Positions 1 through 10,069 of a DNA stretch of 64,000 nucleotides are shown here, one piece after another (position 1 is the stretch's first letter; each line of letters opens with the position of its first letter). The translations under genes were made by a program, and so were the position numbers. Origin of the DNA: a virus. Its lineage: Duplodnaviria; Caudoviricetes. The stretch spans positions 1-64,000 of IMG/VR virus record IMGVR_UViG_3300005365_000022. One strand, written 5' to 3'. Below the pieces are notes generated by a model that saw nothing but the letters and a program-made list of their open reading frames with translations, did no database searches and was not told the origin of the DNA.

Positions 1-348
1 TCATCCATCGGGGTATCGCCTCACCTCAAGTTCATCACCGGCGCGGTGCCGGCGAACACCGGAACTTCCGACCCGGGTACGGTGGTCGCTGACCTGGCGC
101 TTCCATCGGACTGGATGGCAGCGGCGAGCGGCGGGATCAAGGCGCTCGCCGGGCTTTGGCAGGCGACTGCAAGCGCGAGCGGGACCATCGGCCACTTCCG
201 GATCTTCGACTCCGGGGCGGTCTGCCGCGCGCAGGGAACCGTGACCATCACCGGCGGCGGCGGAGACATCACCGTCAACAACCCGGACTGCGCGACCGGC
301 CAGGTCGTCACGGTCACCACGCTGACCTGGACGGAGGGCAACGCGTAA
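1..348 (+). CDS. phage virion structural protein (5' partial)
   Basis: Frame open from base 1; LALPSDWMAAASGG...GHFRIFD...QGTV resembles small beta-rich phage virion proteins; its TAA overlaps the next ATG at 348. Confidence 0.55.
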   Translation, partial: SSIGVSPHLKFITGAVPANTGTSDPGTVVADLALPSDWMAAASGGIKALAGLWQATASASGTIGHFRIFDSGAVCRAQGTVTITGGGGDITVNNPDCATGQVVTVTTLTWTEGNA

Positions 349-1673
349 TGCTCCTCCTCACCACCACATCCAGCAAGATCCAGGTCATCACCTCGACGGC
401 AGGGCAAATCGCGGTGCACGTCGACTACATCGACGCCCCGAACCCGGTGACGCCTGGCGCGAGCTTCCCAGGAGATCAAAAGAACACGCTGATCTCGTCG
501 ATCGCGACGACCGATGTGTCCGGGTCGCCGACGTCCGGAAACATGCGGAACGTCAAGCTGCTGACCGTGGTCAACACGGACGCGACGCTGAGCAACGTGA
601 TCACGCTGCAGCACACCGATGGAACGACGGCGGCGCCGATCGTGAGCGGGAGATCGCTGGCCCCCGGCGACGGCTTCCAGGTCGATGATACCGGCCGCAT
701 CTCCTCGCTGTCATCCCAGGCCGCGGACTCCCAGCTGTTCACCGCGAACGGGAACTGGATCAAGCCACCGAACCGGACGTTTGTCGTCGTGGAGTGCGTG
801 GGTGCCGGTGCCGGCGGCGGTGGAGGTGGCAATGGAACCGGCGCGGTCGTGCGGAAGGGCGGCGGGGGCGGGGGCGGCGGCGGGCTGCAGCGGCGGACCA
901 TGCCGATCTCGCAGCTCGGATCTACCGAGGCGGTCGTGGTCGGGCTCGGCGGGGCCGGCGGAGCCGGCGGCGCGGGCGGTGGCGGTAGCGGCGGGGACGG
1001 CTCTCCGGGCGGGATCTCCACGTTCGGAGCCTCGGTCTACGTCCAGGCGGGCGGCGGTGGGGGAGGCAAGGGAGGCCAGGCCTCGGCCGCGGCGACCGGC
1101 GGCGGTGGCGGAGGGGGCATCAACGTCGGCGCCGTGGGCACCACGTCGGGAGGCGCGGGCGGCGGACCGGGTCCATCGAGCAGCTCTACCTCGGGCGCGA
1201 CCGGCGGCGCCGGCAGCGCTACGACGTCGGCCGCGTCGATCTCCGAATACGGAGGCGGAGGCGGAGGCGGATCGACTGCCACCCCGGCTACGGGTAGCGG
1301 CGGGAACTCTCAGTACGGCGGCGGTGGCGGTGGTTCTGGCGGCGGTGTCACCGTGACTCCGGCCATCGTACAGCCCCAGGCCGGCGGCGCGAGCAACAGC
1401 ACGAACTCGACGGCAGGCGGTGGCGGCGCGGCGGGGTCATCCGGGACGACGCCAACGGCTGGCACGCCGGGAATCGACGGCAACGCGATCCGCTCGGGGT
1501 CTGGCGGCGGAGGCGGTGGATCGACCATCACGGCGAACACCGCTGGTGCGGCGGGGGGCGCTGGCGGTGCGGTCGGCGGCGGCGGCGGGGGAGGCGGTGC
1601 CGGAGAAGGGTCAGGAATCGGTGGCGCTGGGGGCGCCGGTGGGCGCGGCGAGGTCCGCGTCTACGCGTACTGA
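348..1673 (+). CDS. glycine-rich tail fibre-like protein
   Basis: ATG at 348 (TAATG overlap); FTANGNWIKP..VVVECVGAGAGGGGGG...GGRGEVRVYAY is the typical start and end of phage Gly-rich fibre domains. Confidence 0.7.
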   Translation: MLLLTTTSSKIQVITSTAGQIAVHVDYIDAPNPVTPGASFPGDQKNTLISSIATTDVSGSPTSGNMRNVKLLTVVNTDATLSNVITLQHTDGTTAAPIVSGRSLAPGDGFQVDDTGRISSLSSQAADSQLFTANGNWIKPPNRTFVVVECVGAGAGGGGGGNGTGAVVRKGGGGGGGGGLQRRTMPISQLGSTEAVVVGLGGAGGAGGAGGGGSGGDGSPGGISTFGASVYVQAGGGGGGKGGQASAAATGGGGGGGINVGAVGTTSGGAGGGPGPSSSSTSGATGGAGSATTSAASISEYGGGGGGGSTATPATGSGGNSQYGGGGGGSGGGVTVTPAIVQPQAGGASNSTNSTAGGGGAAGSSGTTPTAGTPGIDGNAIRSGSGGGGGGSTITANTAGAAGGAGGAVGGGGGGGGAGEGSGIGGAGGAGGRGEVRVYAY

Positions 1674-1676
1674 GCC

Positions 1677-2123
1677 ATGGCAAAGGGAGATTTCGACGCT
1701 TCGGTCTCGCAGTCTGGCTGGTTCGCACCGCGTTCCGGCGGGCTGACAGCGCGATCGTGGTTCGATCGCGAGCTCGTGGCCGACACGACGGTGCAGGCAT
1801 CCGGGGCCTCCACGCTCGCCGCCATGACCGGCGCCGGCGCGGCTACCGTCTCCATCGACGGGTCTGGGTCGGTGACGTTCGCTGCCATGGACGGGGTGGG
1901 GGCTGCAGCGATCGCGATCGCTGGCGCCGGCGCGGCATTGCTGTATCCCGTGATCGGCACGGGGGATCTCGTGATCGGCGATGTAAATATCACCGCCGCG
2001 GGAGCCGCCACATTCGCCGACATGACGGGTTCTGGGCGCATGGGGATCGGCAGCGGTGTAGAGCTCCGCGAAGTCATCATCGAGCAGCGCATCGTCGAGA
2101 CCCGCATCACCATGCGGCGCTGA
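1677..2123 (+). CDS. hypothetical virion-associated protein
   Basis: Ala/Gly-rich ORF tightly following the fibre gene. Confidence 0.45.
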   Translation: MAKGDFDASVSQSGWFAPRSGGLTARSWFDRELVADTTVQASGASTLAAMTGAGAATVSIDGSGSVTFAAMDGVGAAAIAIAGAGAALLYPVIGTGDLVIGDVNITAAGAATFADMTGSGRMGIGSGVELREVIIEQRIVETRITMRR

Positions 2124-2146
2124 CCTCGTCGGCGTACGCTGTACGG

Positions 2147-2467
2147 GTGAGCCGCTGCGACGTATGTATCTCCACCGTCTTCTTGATCGCAGCACCGGGC
2201 GATCTGCTGCCCGTATGGACTGCCTATGCCGAGGCGCAGGGAGTCGCCATCGATTGGAGAGGATGGGAACTCACGCTCGAGCTCAGCGGTCCGGTGACGG
2301 TGACTCGCACGGCGAGCGGCAACGCGCTCGGCGTGATCACCTACGCATGGGTGGCTGGAGACACCGACGTGCCAGGCGACTACGAGGTGACGCTCCACGG
2401 CCTATCACCAGAGGGCAAGCCGCAGACGTTCATTGTCGACGGCATCGTGCGCATCGGCGCGCGGTGA
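2147..2467 (+). CDS. BppU-like baseplate/fibre attachment domain protein
   Basis: DLLPVW...IDWRGW...GVITYAWVAGDTDVPGDYEV...GKPQTF..DG pattern typical of the BppU N-terminal domain; GTG start at 2147 inferred. Confidence 0.55.
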   Translation: MSRCDVCISTVFLIAAPGDLLPVWTAYAEAQGVAIDWRGWELTLELSGPVTVTRTASGNALGVITYAWVAGDTDVPGDYEVTLHGLSPEGKPQTFIVDGIVRIGAR

Positions 2468-2479
2468 TACACCGACGAC

Positions 2480-2734
2480 ATGGATAAAGCATTCGTCCGT
2501 GTCGTGGATTGGGGCCGCAATGATGGCCCCTGGGCCGTGTATGTGGACGCGATCCTCGGGGTCGCTTCCCAGACCATCCATCGCATTCCGGTCCTGTCGT
2601 CGCCGGATAGCTCGGACCCCGTCGGGGGCTGGAAGCCGCTGATCCGCGATGCGGTGGCCGCCGCATGCTTGGACTTCGGGTCACCGATCGACGAGGTCTT
2701 GTTCGAGGACTTCACGTCGCTCTCGGTGCCGTGA
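2480..2734 (+). CDS. hypothetical protein
   Basis: 84 aa ORF in operon position with normal composition. Confidence 0.45.
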   Translation: MDKAFVRVVDWGRNDGPWAVYVDAILGVASQTIHRIPVLSSPDSSDPVGGWKPLIRDAVAAACLDFGSPIDEVLFEDFTSLSVP

Positions 2735-2810
2735 CGGTTCGGCGTCATGGAGGTCGGCCCCGTCGATCGCCCATGTCCAGCTGCGAGGTTTCACGGTACT
2801 ACCGTAATCC

Positions 2811-3422
2811 ATGAAACCACGTGTTATCGCTGTTGTGCCGTCCGTATTCATCCAGCCGGGCGTCCTTGTATTCCTGCGCCCTGACGTCCTGCCCGGCGTG
2901 ACCCTCTACGTGATCTCCGTCGACGCATCACCGCCGACCTTCTCGGCTCCCGGGTGGGACATCGCGGCGGAGTTCCAAGGCGACCAGCGCATCACGGTGC
3001 TCCGCCGCGTCGTCGATGGCAGTGAGCCGTCGCTGATCCCGATGATCACCGGCAACAACGCGCTCGGGAGCTCCGGCGCGGTCATGCTCGCCGTGGAGCG
3101 GGCTGGCTCGGCAGCGATCTTGAGCCTCGCCGGCACGAACGTGCCCGACGCATCGTCGACGTACACCTGCCCGCCTGGATCGCGGTCCAGCGCCGATGAC
3201 ATGGTGCTCGGCGTCGTCGCGACCAATGGCAGCGCTGCGCTGTTATTCAACCCCCCTGGCACGGTCGTGCATGCGAACGTGTCCGATGGGCAGTTCGCCT
3301 CGATTTCCATCGAGATCTTCGAGTCGCTCGGCGGCGCCGTCGTGCCCGCCCAGGTTGTGACGCTCGATGCCGAGCAGCCCGGGATCGCTGCGACGCTCGT
3401 GATCCCGGCCGCTGCGGCGTGA
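2811..3422 (+). CDS. beta-rich adhesin/fibre-like domain protein
   Basis: 203 aa ORF; motif order resembles the domain inserted in 3444-5234. Confidence 0.5.
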   Translation: MKPRVIAVVPSVFIQPGVLVFLRPDVLPGVTLYVISVDASPPTFSAPGWDIAAEFQGDQRITVLRRVVDGSEPSLIPMITGNNALGSSGAVMLAVERAGSAAILSLAGTNVPDASSTYTCPPGSRSSADDMVLGVVATNGSAALLFNPPGTVVHANVSDGQFASISIEIFESLGGAVVPAQVVTLDAEQPGIAATLVIPAAAA

Positions 3423-3443
3423 ATCGCCGGCGGTCCGCGTCGA

Positions 3444-5234
3444 TCAGTGTTCCATCAGGTGGATCACGACGAAGACCCCGCCGGCCTTGATGGACTCGAG
3501 CAGCGCGAACAGGCCGGAGAGGAACTTCAGAGCCCCGTAGTCGCGTCCATCGAACGACGGCACGAGCGCGGGCGGCGCCAGCGTGTCGGGGACGTCGAAC
3601 GCCGAGAACGCTCGCACGCCGACCGACGAGGTCACGTCGGCGAGCGTGTCGGCCGGGTCGTCGAGGGCGAACCCGTACTCGGCGATGTGCGGCGGCTCGT
3701 CGATCTCGACGATGAACGCTCCGAGGTAGTCGTTGTTGCCTAGGTAGCGGTTGCGGATCGGGGATGGCGGGCGCGGGTCGTCGGGAACGAACATCGTGGG
3801 GTCATAGCCAACGCCCGGCGGGCTCGGGACCTCGGGGGCGTCGAAGCATTCCTGGTACGAGCGGTCCCACGTCTCAACGTGCCGCCAGTACAACCCTGGG
3901 ATCTGCCGCGCATAGTTTGCGATCTGCCGCTTGATCGCCGCCGGCGTGATCGTGTCGGGAAGCGTCATGATGCGCGCCCGGTAGTTCTGATCGCTCTCGT
4001 TCTGCTGGCGCTCGATGTCGCGCTCGCGGCCGATGAGGTCGAGCGTGCGCGGACGGCCGAGCCCGTCCGAGTCGAAGTCGTTGCGCGCCTGGATCGATGG
4101 GTCGCCGAATACCGGATCCATCAGCGGCATGTCGATGGTGTCGATCTGTCCGGGCGCCGCCTGGCCAACGCCGCGGAGCATCAACGAGAACGTGGACACC
4201 GCGCCGGTTCCAGTGTCCATCACGAGCGTCTGATCGGGGATCGCGCTCGTCGACGTCGCGCCAATATGAAAGACACATAGGGCAGACGACGTCGCCTGTT
4301 GACTGTAAAGCGTTGTGCCAGGAACTCCTACGAACGTATCGATATTATCGATGTCGTGACCGACGCCGATATATAGGTCACCGACGTCCTCAGGGGTCCG
4401 GCCTGGCACCGCAAACGATGGCGCCGGTCCGCTAGTCGGAAACACCGCGACGTCACCGGCCCGTGGTGGCTGAGCATTCCGGTATGCCAATACGCAGGCC
4501 ACCAGCTCGGCGCTGTTCATGTCCTGGTTGAAATCGATCGTCAGAGTCGAATCCTCGGTGCCGGACACCTGGTACGTGGCGATCACCACGCTGTCGCTGT
4601 CGTCTCCGATGAAACTTTCTACGGTATCCCACTGTTGCGTCGTGACGGTCGGAGCGACTCCGGCCTGAGTTCCGGCAACGACAATAAGCGTGTCTCCTTT
4701 CTTGAGTCCGGCTGGGGTGTCGAACGTGATGTGATCTGCGACGCTCGGGATGAACGACTGGAGATTGGTCACAGACAGCAGCGTCGGCGGAGTTTTCAGA
4801 CCCAACGGGTCACGACTCGCTACGGCGAACGGGCCGCGGATGTTGTACTCGTATCCGAAACCGGTTGCTCGAGCGAGCACCGGCGGGGCCTCGAGATCGG
4901 TTGCCCCGAGCACGGCGTCGGTCTGGGTGATGAACGACTGCCCACCGGCGCTGCAGCTCACGACCGTGCCGGCCAGCACGCGCACGGCGCCGGCCGAGAA
5001 GTCGGTGCGGAAGAACGTCACCGGAACCGTGGCGAGCACGCCCCCGTGCGACGTCAGGATGTCGCCGTCCTCGTAGAACCGCTGAACCGCGAGCGAGCAG
5101 CGCGCCCCCACTGCCGCGCTGCCCTGGTAGAGCTCGTAGCCGGGCCCCACGTCCTTGATCGGCTGGAGGTAGGTCTCCGGAACAACGCGGTCTACGACGG
5201 CGAGGAGATCGTCCTGGCTCAGCTGGTCGGTCAT
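3444..5234 (-). CDS. baseplate wedge / tail protein with inserted beta-rich domain
   Basis: Follows baseplate J; LDLIGRERDIERQQNESDQNYRARI motif typical of gpI/gp48-like wedge proteins. Confidence 0.65.
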   Translation of the reverse strand: MTDQLSQDDLLAVVDRVVPETYLQPIKDVGPGYELYQGSAAVGARCSLAVQRFYEDGDILTSHGGVLATVPVTFFRTDFSAGAVRVLAGTVVSCSAGGQSFITQTDAVLGATDLEAPPVLARATGFGYEYNIRGPFAVASRDPLGLKTPPTLLSVTNLQSFIPSVADHITFDTPAGLKKGDTLIVVAGTQAGVAPTVTTQQWDTVESFIGDDSDSVVIATYQVSGTEDSTLTIDFNQDMNSAELVACVLAYRNAQPPRAGDVAVFPTSGPAPSFAVPGRTPEDVGDLYIGVGHDIDNIDTFVGVPGTTLYSQQATSSALCVFHIGATSTSAIPDQTLVMDTGTGAVSTFSLMLRGVGQAAPGQIDTIDMPLMDPVFGDPSIQARNDFDSDGLGRPRTLDLIGRERDIERQQNESDQNYRARIMTLPDTITPAAIKRQIANYARQIPGLYWRHVETWDRSYQECFDAPEVPSPPGVGYDPTMFVPDDPRPPSPIRNRYLGNNDYLGAFIVEIDEPPHIAEYGFALDDPADTLADVTSSVGVRAFSAFDVPDTLAPPALVPSFDGRDYGALKFLSGLFALLESIKAGGVFVVIHLMEH

Positions 5235-5238
5235 CGGC

Positions 5239-6429
5239 TCACACGCTCTGGGCCTGCGCCTGCAGCGTGGCCTGGCTGTCGGTGGTCACCAGCGCGAGGT
5301 TGGTGCGCAGCACCTGGTAGGGAGACGTCGGGACGATGGGGCCCGGCGGACTGGCGATCTCGTCGCCGAAGAAGTCGATACCCGCCACGCTGCGCAGCGC
5401 CTCGGCGGCGTCCGCCGGCACGAACGGAGTCCCCGGGTTGCTGCCGTTCATGAGCTGGACAATGAGCGTGCGCGCGAACAGCGCGATGGCGTCCGGGTTG
5501 GTCACGCTCGCGCGGAAGCGCAGCCGCAGCACCACCGGAACGAGCCGGATCTGGCCGACGATCACCTTCACCGGGATCCCGTCAGCGCGGAACTCGTCGA
5601 GCGCCTGGCTCACGGTCTGCGCGAGCGCCTGGCTCTTGGTGTCATACGACGGGACGGGCACGCCCTGCTTGACCAGCGCGTCGGTGAACCGGTCGGCGAT
5701 GATCAGCGTGACCGCGCGCGATGGATAGCCGAACGACTGCAGGCCCTCGATCGAGGTAGCCCGGAGCACGCCGGGAACGCCGAGCGCGCCCTGCTCGATC
5801 GCGCCCTTCGTGGCGCGCCGAACGTTCGTCCAGAACTTGATGATCCGAGCTTTGAAGTCGTCATCGAGCTCGACCCCGTCGCCGCCGGCGGCTGCCTCGG
5901 CATTGGTCGCCACCAGATCGGCCGGCTGCCCGGGGATCTGCGACTTGATGGAGGTGATGGCGCCAGAACCGATGTTCTGGTCGCGTCCGGCGAGCGTTGA
6001 GCGCGCGATCACCTGGATCGGCCCGACGCTGCCGAGCGGGAACGGGACGCTCTGCAACGTCAGGAACTCCTGCCCGGTGGACGTGGACAGCCGCGTCCCG
6101 CCCGGGATCGTGAAGGCACTCGGGGCCGCGGCGGTCGTCGAGAACTGGACGAACACCACGGCGGCCGACGCCTGCTTGCGAAGCAGCTGGTAGCGGCCCC
6201 AGGCCCAGCGGTCGAGTTTGGGCCCGAAGGCGCTGTCGAGCCAGAAACCCTCCTCAACGCTCGCGAGCTGGCCGATGACCTCCTCGCCGATTGCCGCGGT
6301 GGCCGCGCCGTGGATGTTCGAGTCGGAGCCATCGCGGTCGACGGCGTTGACGGTGAGCCGGGTGCTGCGCGAGACCGCTTCATCGCGGAACACGCGGAAC
6401 AGGTCGGGGAACTTCGGAAAATCAGGCAT
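5239..6429 (-). CDS. baseplate J / Mu gp47-like wedge protein
   Basis: LDRWAW...RKQA, IPGGTRLST, GRDQNIG..I, AAGGDGVELDDDFKARI, ATKGAIEQGALGVPGV match gpJ motifs. Confidence 0.85.
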   Translation of the reverse strand: MPDFPKFPDLFRVFRDEAVSRSTRLTVNAVDRDGSDSNIHGAATAAIGEEVIGQLASVEEGFWLDSAFGPKLDRWAWGRYQLLRKQASAAVVFVQFSTTAAAPSAFTIPGGTRLSTSTGQEFLTLQSVPFPLGSVGPIQVIARSTLAGRDQNIGSGAITSIKSQIPGQPADLVATNAEAAAGGDGVELDDDFKARIIKFWTNVRRATKGAIEQGALGVPGVLRATSIEGLQSFGYPSRAVTLIIADRFTDALVKQGVPVPSYDTKSQALAQTVSQALDEFRADGIPVKVIVGQIRLVPVVLRLRFRASVTNPDAIALFARTLIVQLMNGSNPGTPFVPADAAEALRSVAGIDFFGDEIASPPGPIVPTSPYQVLRTNLALVTTDSQATLQAQAQSV

Positions 6430-7247
6430 CAGACCTCCACGATCTGGCCGCCGCGCTGGCCCATGCGCATGCTCACCGTCGCGCCACCGCTCATCGTCAC
6501 CGAGAGCTGCACGATCAGGATGCCGTTGCGGTCGATCGAGCCCCGCGCGCGGGCGTCGAGCGCGTCGGGCTCCTGCTTGGCCTGGCGCTCGACCTCGGCC
6601 AGGTAGCTCACCAGGTCACCTCCGGTGGCGATGGGCTCCTTCTCGAGCGTGCCGCAGCCGTAGTTCGGCAGGTGGCGGAACGAGCCCAGGATCGTGTTCA
6701 GGCGCCGCAGGACGAGCTTTCGCAGCAGGCGACCGCCCGACTCGACCTCGAAGTCGCCATCGTCGCCGATGACCAGCGTGCCGCCGACGCCGAGCCCGCG
6801 GGAGCTCTGCGCGATCGGGTTGGCGAGGTCGCGATCCCGGAAGTCGACGCGCGCGACGTCCACCGGATCCGCGGTGTCGGTTAGCCCGGCGAGCGTGGCG
6901 CGCAGCGGCGTCGGCAGCGTAAACCCGTTGACGTCGACCAGCCCGGTCGCCACCACCTGGAACGTCTCGAGGTCGTCGCCGAGCGTCTCGAGCAGCGTCA
7001 GATCGAACGTGGTCTCGTCAACCACCTCGACGGTTGCGATCGTGAGCGGAACACCGGTGGTGAGGTTCGACACCGACCATGTCAGCGGGTTGGTTGCGTC
7101 GCCGGTCGTGAACGCGTCGGCATGGGCTGGCTCGTCGCTGAGCTGCACGCGAATGCCGTGCGTGTTGATCGCATACGCCGCGGCGATCGACAGCGTGAAC
7201 GAGGCGCCGAACGCGCCGAGCCCGAACGGGATAGTCCCGAATCCCAC
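6429..7247 (-). CDS. gp25/Mu gp46-like wedge initiator with N-terminal extension
   Basis: C-half: GDFEVESG..LLRKLVLRRLNT..GSFRHLPNYG; position between spike and gpJ. Confidence 0.6.
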   Translation of the reverse strand: MGFGTIPFGLGAFGASFTLSIAAAYAINTHGIRVQLSDEPAHADAFTTGDATNPLTWSVSNLTTGVPLTIATVEVVDETTFDLTLLETLGDDLETFQVVATGLVDVNGFTLPTPLRATLAGLTDTADPVDVARVDFRDRDLANPIAQSSRGLGVGGTLVIGDDGDFEVESGGRLLRKLVLRRLNTILGSFRHLPNYGCGTLEKEPIATGGDLVSYLAEVERQAKQEPDALDARARGSIDRNGILIVQLSVTMSGGATVSMRMGQRGGQIVEV

Positions 7248-7310
7248 GAACAGATCTTCGAGGCGTCACCGGCGGCAAGCAAGGTCGCCATGATCAGCGC
7301 GGCCCACTGG

Positions 7311-7928
7311 CTACTTCGTGAACGTCGTTGGCGATCCCGCAGGAACCTGAGCCGTAACCAGCGGCGGCCCGGACGTGACCGCTCCGCCGCCGGTTGAGAC
7401 TCCGGCCACCAGATGGGTGTGAGATGCGTAGAAGTTCGAGACCAGCGCGACGACGTCGCTGCGGCGCATCACCGGGTCGCTCGCGTCCTCGCCGCCGAGC
7501 AGCAGCTTGCCGCCGTCGCGCGCCTCGATCACCGCGTTGCCGCCTCCGCTCACGACGACCCGGATCGTCTGCCCCGGCTTGACGACGAGTGCGACGTCGT
7601 CCGGGTGCGCGCTGACCTCCGCCGGCGGCGGCGATCCGGCATCCCAGACCCGGCCTACGACGCGCGCGCCAGCGTTGTACTTCCCGTCCGGCACGGCGAG
7701 CAGCACCGCGTCGTCGAGATCGATCGGGCCGTAGAACCCGTATCCCGGACCGCCGTACGGCGTCACCAGCGCGGCGGTCTCCGGCAGGCCATCGGAGGTC
7801 AGCACGTCGGCGTGCACACCGTTGCTGTCCACCGCCACGGTGGTGACGATCGCGAGCTCGACGAACTTCCTCGGGTCGATGCCCGGCCTCTCAGCCGCCT
7901 TGGAGATCTTGGCCAAGTCGATCGTCAC
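7311..7928 (-). CDS. baseplate spike (gpV/gp45-like)
   Basis: OB-fold-like N-terminus (P..GPGYGFY.P...D.VLL..PDG); C-terminal SHTH..GV metal-binding tip. Confidence 0.7.
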   Translation of the reverse strand: MTIDLAKISKAAERPGIDPRKFVELAIVTTVAVDSNGVHADVLTSDGLPETAALVTPYGGPGYGFYGPIDLDDAVLLAVPDGKYNAGARVVGRVWDAGSPPPAEVSAHPDDVALVVKPGQTIRVVVSGGGNAVIEARDGGKLLLGGEDASDPVMRRSDVVALVSNFYASHTHLVAGVSTGGGAVTSGPPLVTAQVPAGSPTTFTK

Positions 7929-10069
7929 TGCAATCCTCGCTTGCCGCGGTCCTGCGGCGATAGCAGTGCGTCGGTCGACAGCGGATCGAGCTGGCGCGGC
8001 CGGCGCGCCGGCTCCTTGGGGGCGTTGTCGATCCGCTGCACGTCGGTGACCGTCACCCGCACCTTTCCCGGAGACGCCTTCCGCCCCTGCCCGGGCACCT
8101 TCACGGTCCGCGTGCGCACGTCGTCGGGCGCCTTGACGTCGCTATCCGCGACGACCTTCTGGCGCGGCAGGATGTAGTTCTGGAACTGGATCGACGTCTT
8201 GACCCCCGCGTCCCAATCGAAGGTAACGCCGACCACCTGGTAGTACTTCAGGACCTCCTGCACTGCGCCGCGCGACAGCGCCACCAGCGCGCGCGCCACG
8301 GCGCGGTCTCCGATCCGCCTGGTGATCTCGTCGACCTCCTGCGAGAACGACATCCGGGCCAGCTCGTTGACGTCGGAGGCGACCGGCAGCGCCGCCCGGA
8401 CGCTCGAGGAATCGACGGCGAGTTCGATCGGCTCGAGCGGTCTCAGGCGCACGATGTCCGCGTCGGAGTTGTCGCCGCCGAAGCTGGCCAGGCTGTTGGT
8501 CTCCGCGGTGCCGCCGGTCTCCCCGCGACCGATCTCCTCGTAGATGCCGCGCGCGATCTCCGTCAGTCGGGCCACCGATCGAATGCCCCACATCGGGACG
8601 CGCAGTAGCTCCGACTCGGCCTTGCTCAGCGCCGCCGCCGCGGTCGCCGGGGGCCACTGGCCGAAGATCAGGCGCTGCTGGCCGACACCGCGGTCGTCGA
8701 AGGATATGGTCTGCACGGTCGGCACCACCGAGACGCCGCCGAACTTCCGCTGCAGGCGGAGCCGCTTGATGTTCCTCCCGAGGATCAGCCGGCGGACGCG
8801 CACGCGCTCGCCGTTGACCGTGCGGGCCTCCCCGCGCAGGAACGGCGTCGGGATCTTGCTGTCCGGATCGACGATGTCGAAGATCCGGTGCACCGGCCGG
8901 ATCCACAGCATCGATCCGATGATGTGCGGCATGCCGCCGACGAGCTCGCAGTAATTCGTGATCAGGTCCCAGTACGAGCCCTGCGTGCCGTTGTCGGGCG
9001 CGGACCGCGCGGCCTCCTTGTTGCCGGTCTGCACGCCGGCCTCCGACCCCTGTGCGGACTTCGGTTTCTTGATGGCCGCGCCGGACATCGACGCCGCCTT
9101 CACGCGAACGCGGGTCATGCCGTCTACGGTTCCCGGCGATGGAACGATGCCGTTGGGCCACTCGGTGGCGTTCGTGGCGACGCACAGCCTAAACCCGTGC
9201 TCGAACCCGACCGACGCGATCAGGTCCGAGATCACGTCGGTGATCTCGCGATCCAGACGAATCTTCTCGACGCGTGCTGGGATGTACTTCGCGTCGATCA
9301 GGATCGCCCGGACCTCCCGCCCCTCCATCACGATCTGGGAGTCCTTGTCGCTGTGGTCAACATCCCAGGTGTCGACGGTTCCGAAGAACAGCAGGGTCCC
9401 CGGGTTCGAGCCCTTCCGTCCGGTGATCGGGTCGATCGCATCCTCGGTGGTCTTGAGGATCGAGAGCGGACGGCCATCCTCGTCGACCTCGCCGCGCATC
9501 CCGCGCGCGAAGTCGTCCGAGTCGACGGTGCCGAGATGGATCTCGACCCCAACCGCTCGGATCAGCTGTGGATTGATCGGGAACTCGGTGTAGTCGAACG
9601 TCAGGTTGAACTGCGGCGCCGAGCGCGGGTGCGGCAGCGTGAACGTGCCCTTCTTGGGCACCCGATTGGCGATCACCGTGAACGAGTCGGTGCCGAACGT
9701 CAGCGGCTCGACCTCGGCCGCCGGCACGCCGCCCGGCGCGGTCGTCCCGGTACGTCCGGCCCCCGGCAGCAGAGAGTTGGTGAGCACGGTGCGGTCACCG
9801 GCGGACAGCGCGGCGTTCTGCGCGGCGCGGGCGGCATCCAGCGCGGCGCGCGGGCGATGGTTGCCCCCGACGTTACGCACGCCCTGATCGAACGGCCCGA
9901 GCTGATCGGTGTCCGTGCCGGCCACGCGCCCCTCCGGCGTCTGCGACTGCAGCGCGTCGAACGAGGTCTCGTCGTTGTGCGTCTGCACGTGGAGCGACTC
10001 GTCGAAGCGGATCGTCAGCTTGACGACGCAGCTCGGGTACCAGCTGGTCTCGATCCCGTCGTCGCTCAC
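7925..10069 (-). CDS. baseplate hub (gpD/Mu gp44-like)
   Basis: 714 aa; LLFFGTVDTWDVD..IVMEGRE; syntenic between the LysM-like gene and the spike. Confidence 0.65.
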   Translation of the reverse strand: MSDDGIETSWYPSCVVKLTIRFDESLHVQTHNDETSFDALQSQTPEGRVAGTDTDQLGPFDQGVRNVGGNHRPRAALDAARAAQNAALSAGDRTVLTNSLLPGAGRTGTTAPGGVPAAEVEPLTFGTDSFTVIANRVPKKGTFTLPHPRSAPQFNLTFDYTEFPINPQLIRAVGVEIHLGTVDSDDFARGMRGEVDEDGRPLSILKTTEDAIDPITGRKGSNPGTLLFFGTVDTWDVDHSDKDSQIVMEGREVRAILIDAKYIPARVEKIRLDREITDVISDLIASVGFEHGFRLCVATNATEWPNGIVPSPGTVDGMTRVRVKAASMSGAAIKKPKSAQGSEAGVQTGNKEAARSAPDNGTQGSYWDLITNYCELVGGMPHIIGSMLWIRPVHRIFDIVDPDSKIPTPFLRGEARTVNGERVRVRRLILGRNIKRLRLQRKFGGVSVVPTVQTISFDDRGVGQQRLIFGQWPPATAAAALSKAESELLRVPMWGIRSVARLTEIARGIYEEIGRGETGGTAETNSLASFGGDNSDADIVRLRPLEPIELAVDSSSVRAALPVASDVNELARMSFSQEVDEITRRIGDRAVARALVALSRGAVQEVLKYYQVVGVTFDWDAGVKTSIQFQNYILPRQKVVADSDVKAPDDVRTRTVKVPGQGRKASPGKVRVTVTDVQRIDNAPKEPARRPRQLDPLSTDALLSPQDRGKRGLQ

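Noticed and set aside
790-1670. GGC-rich repeats as a DNA repeat element or DGR target
   Set aside because: Fully explained by poly-Gly coding in the fibre protein; no reverse transcriptase or TR/VR pair seen.
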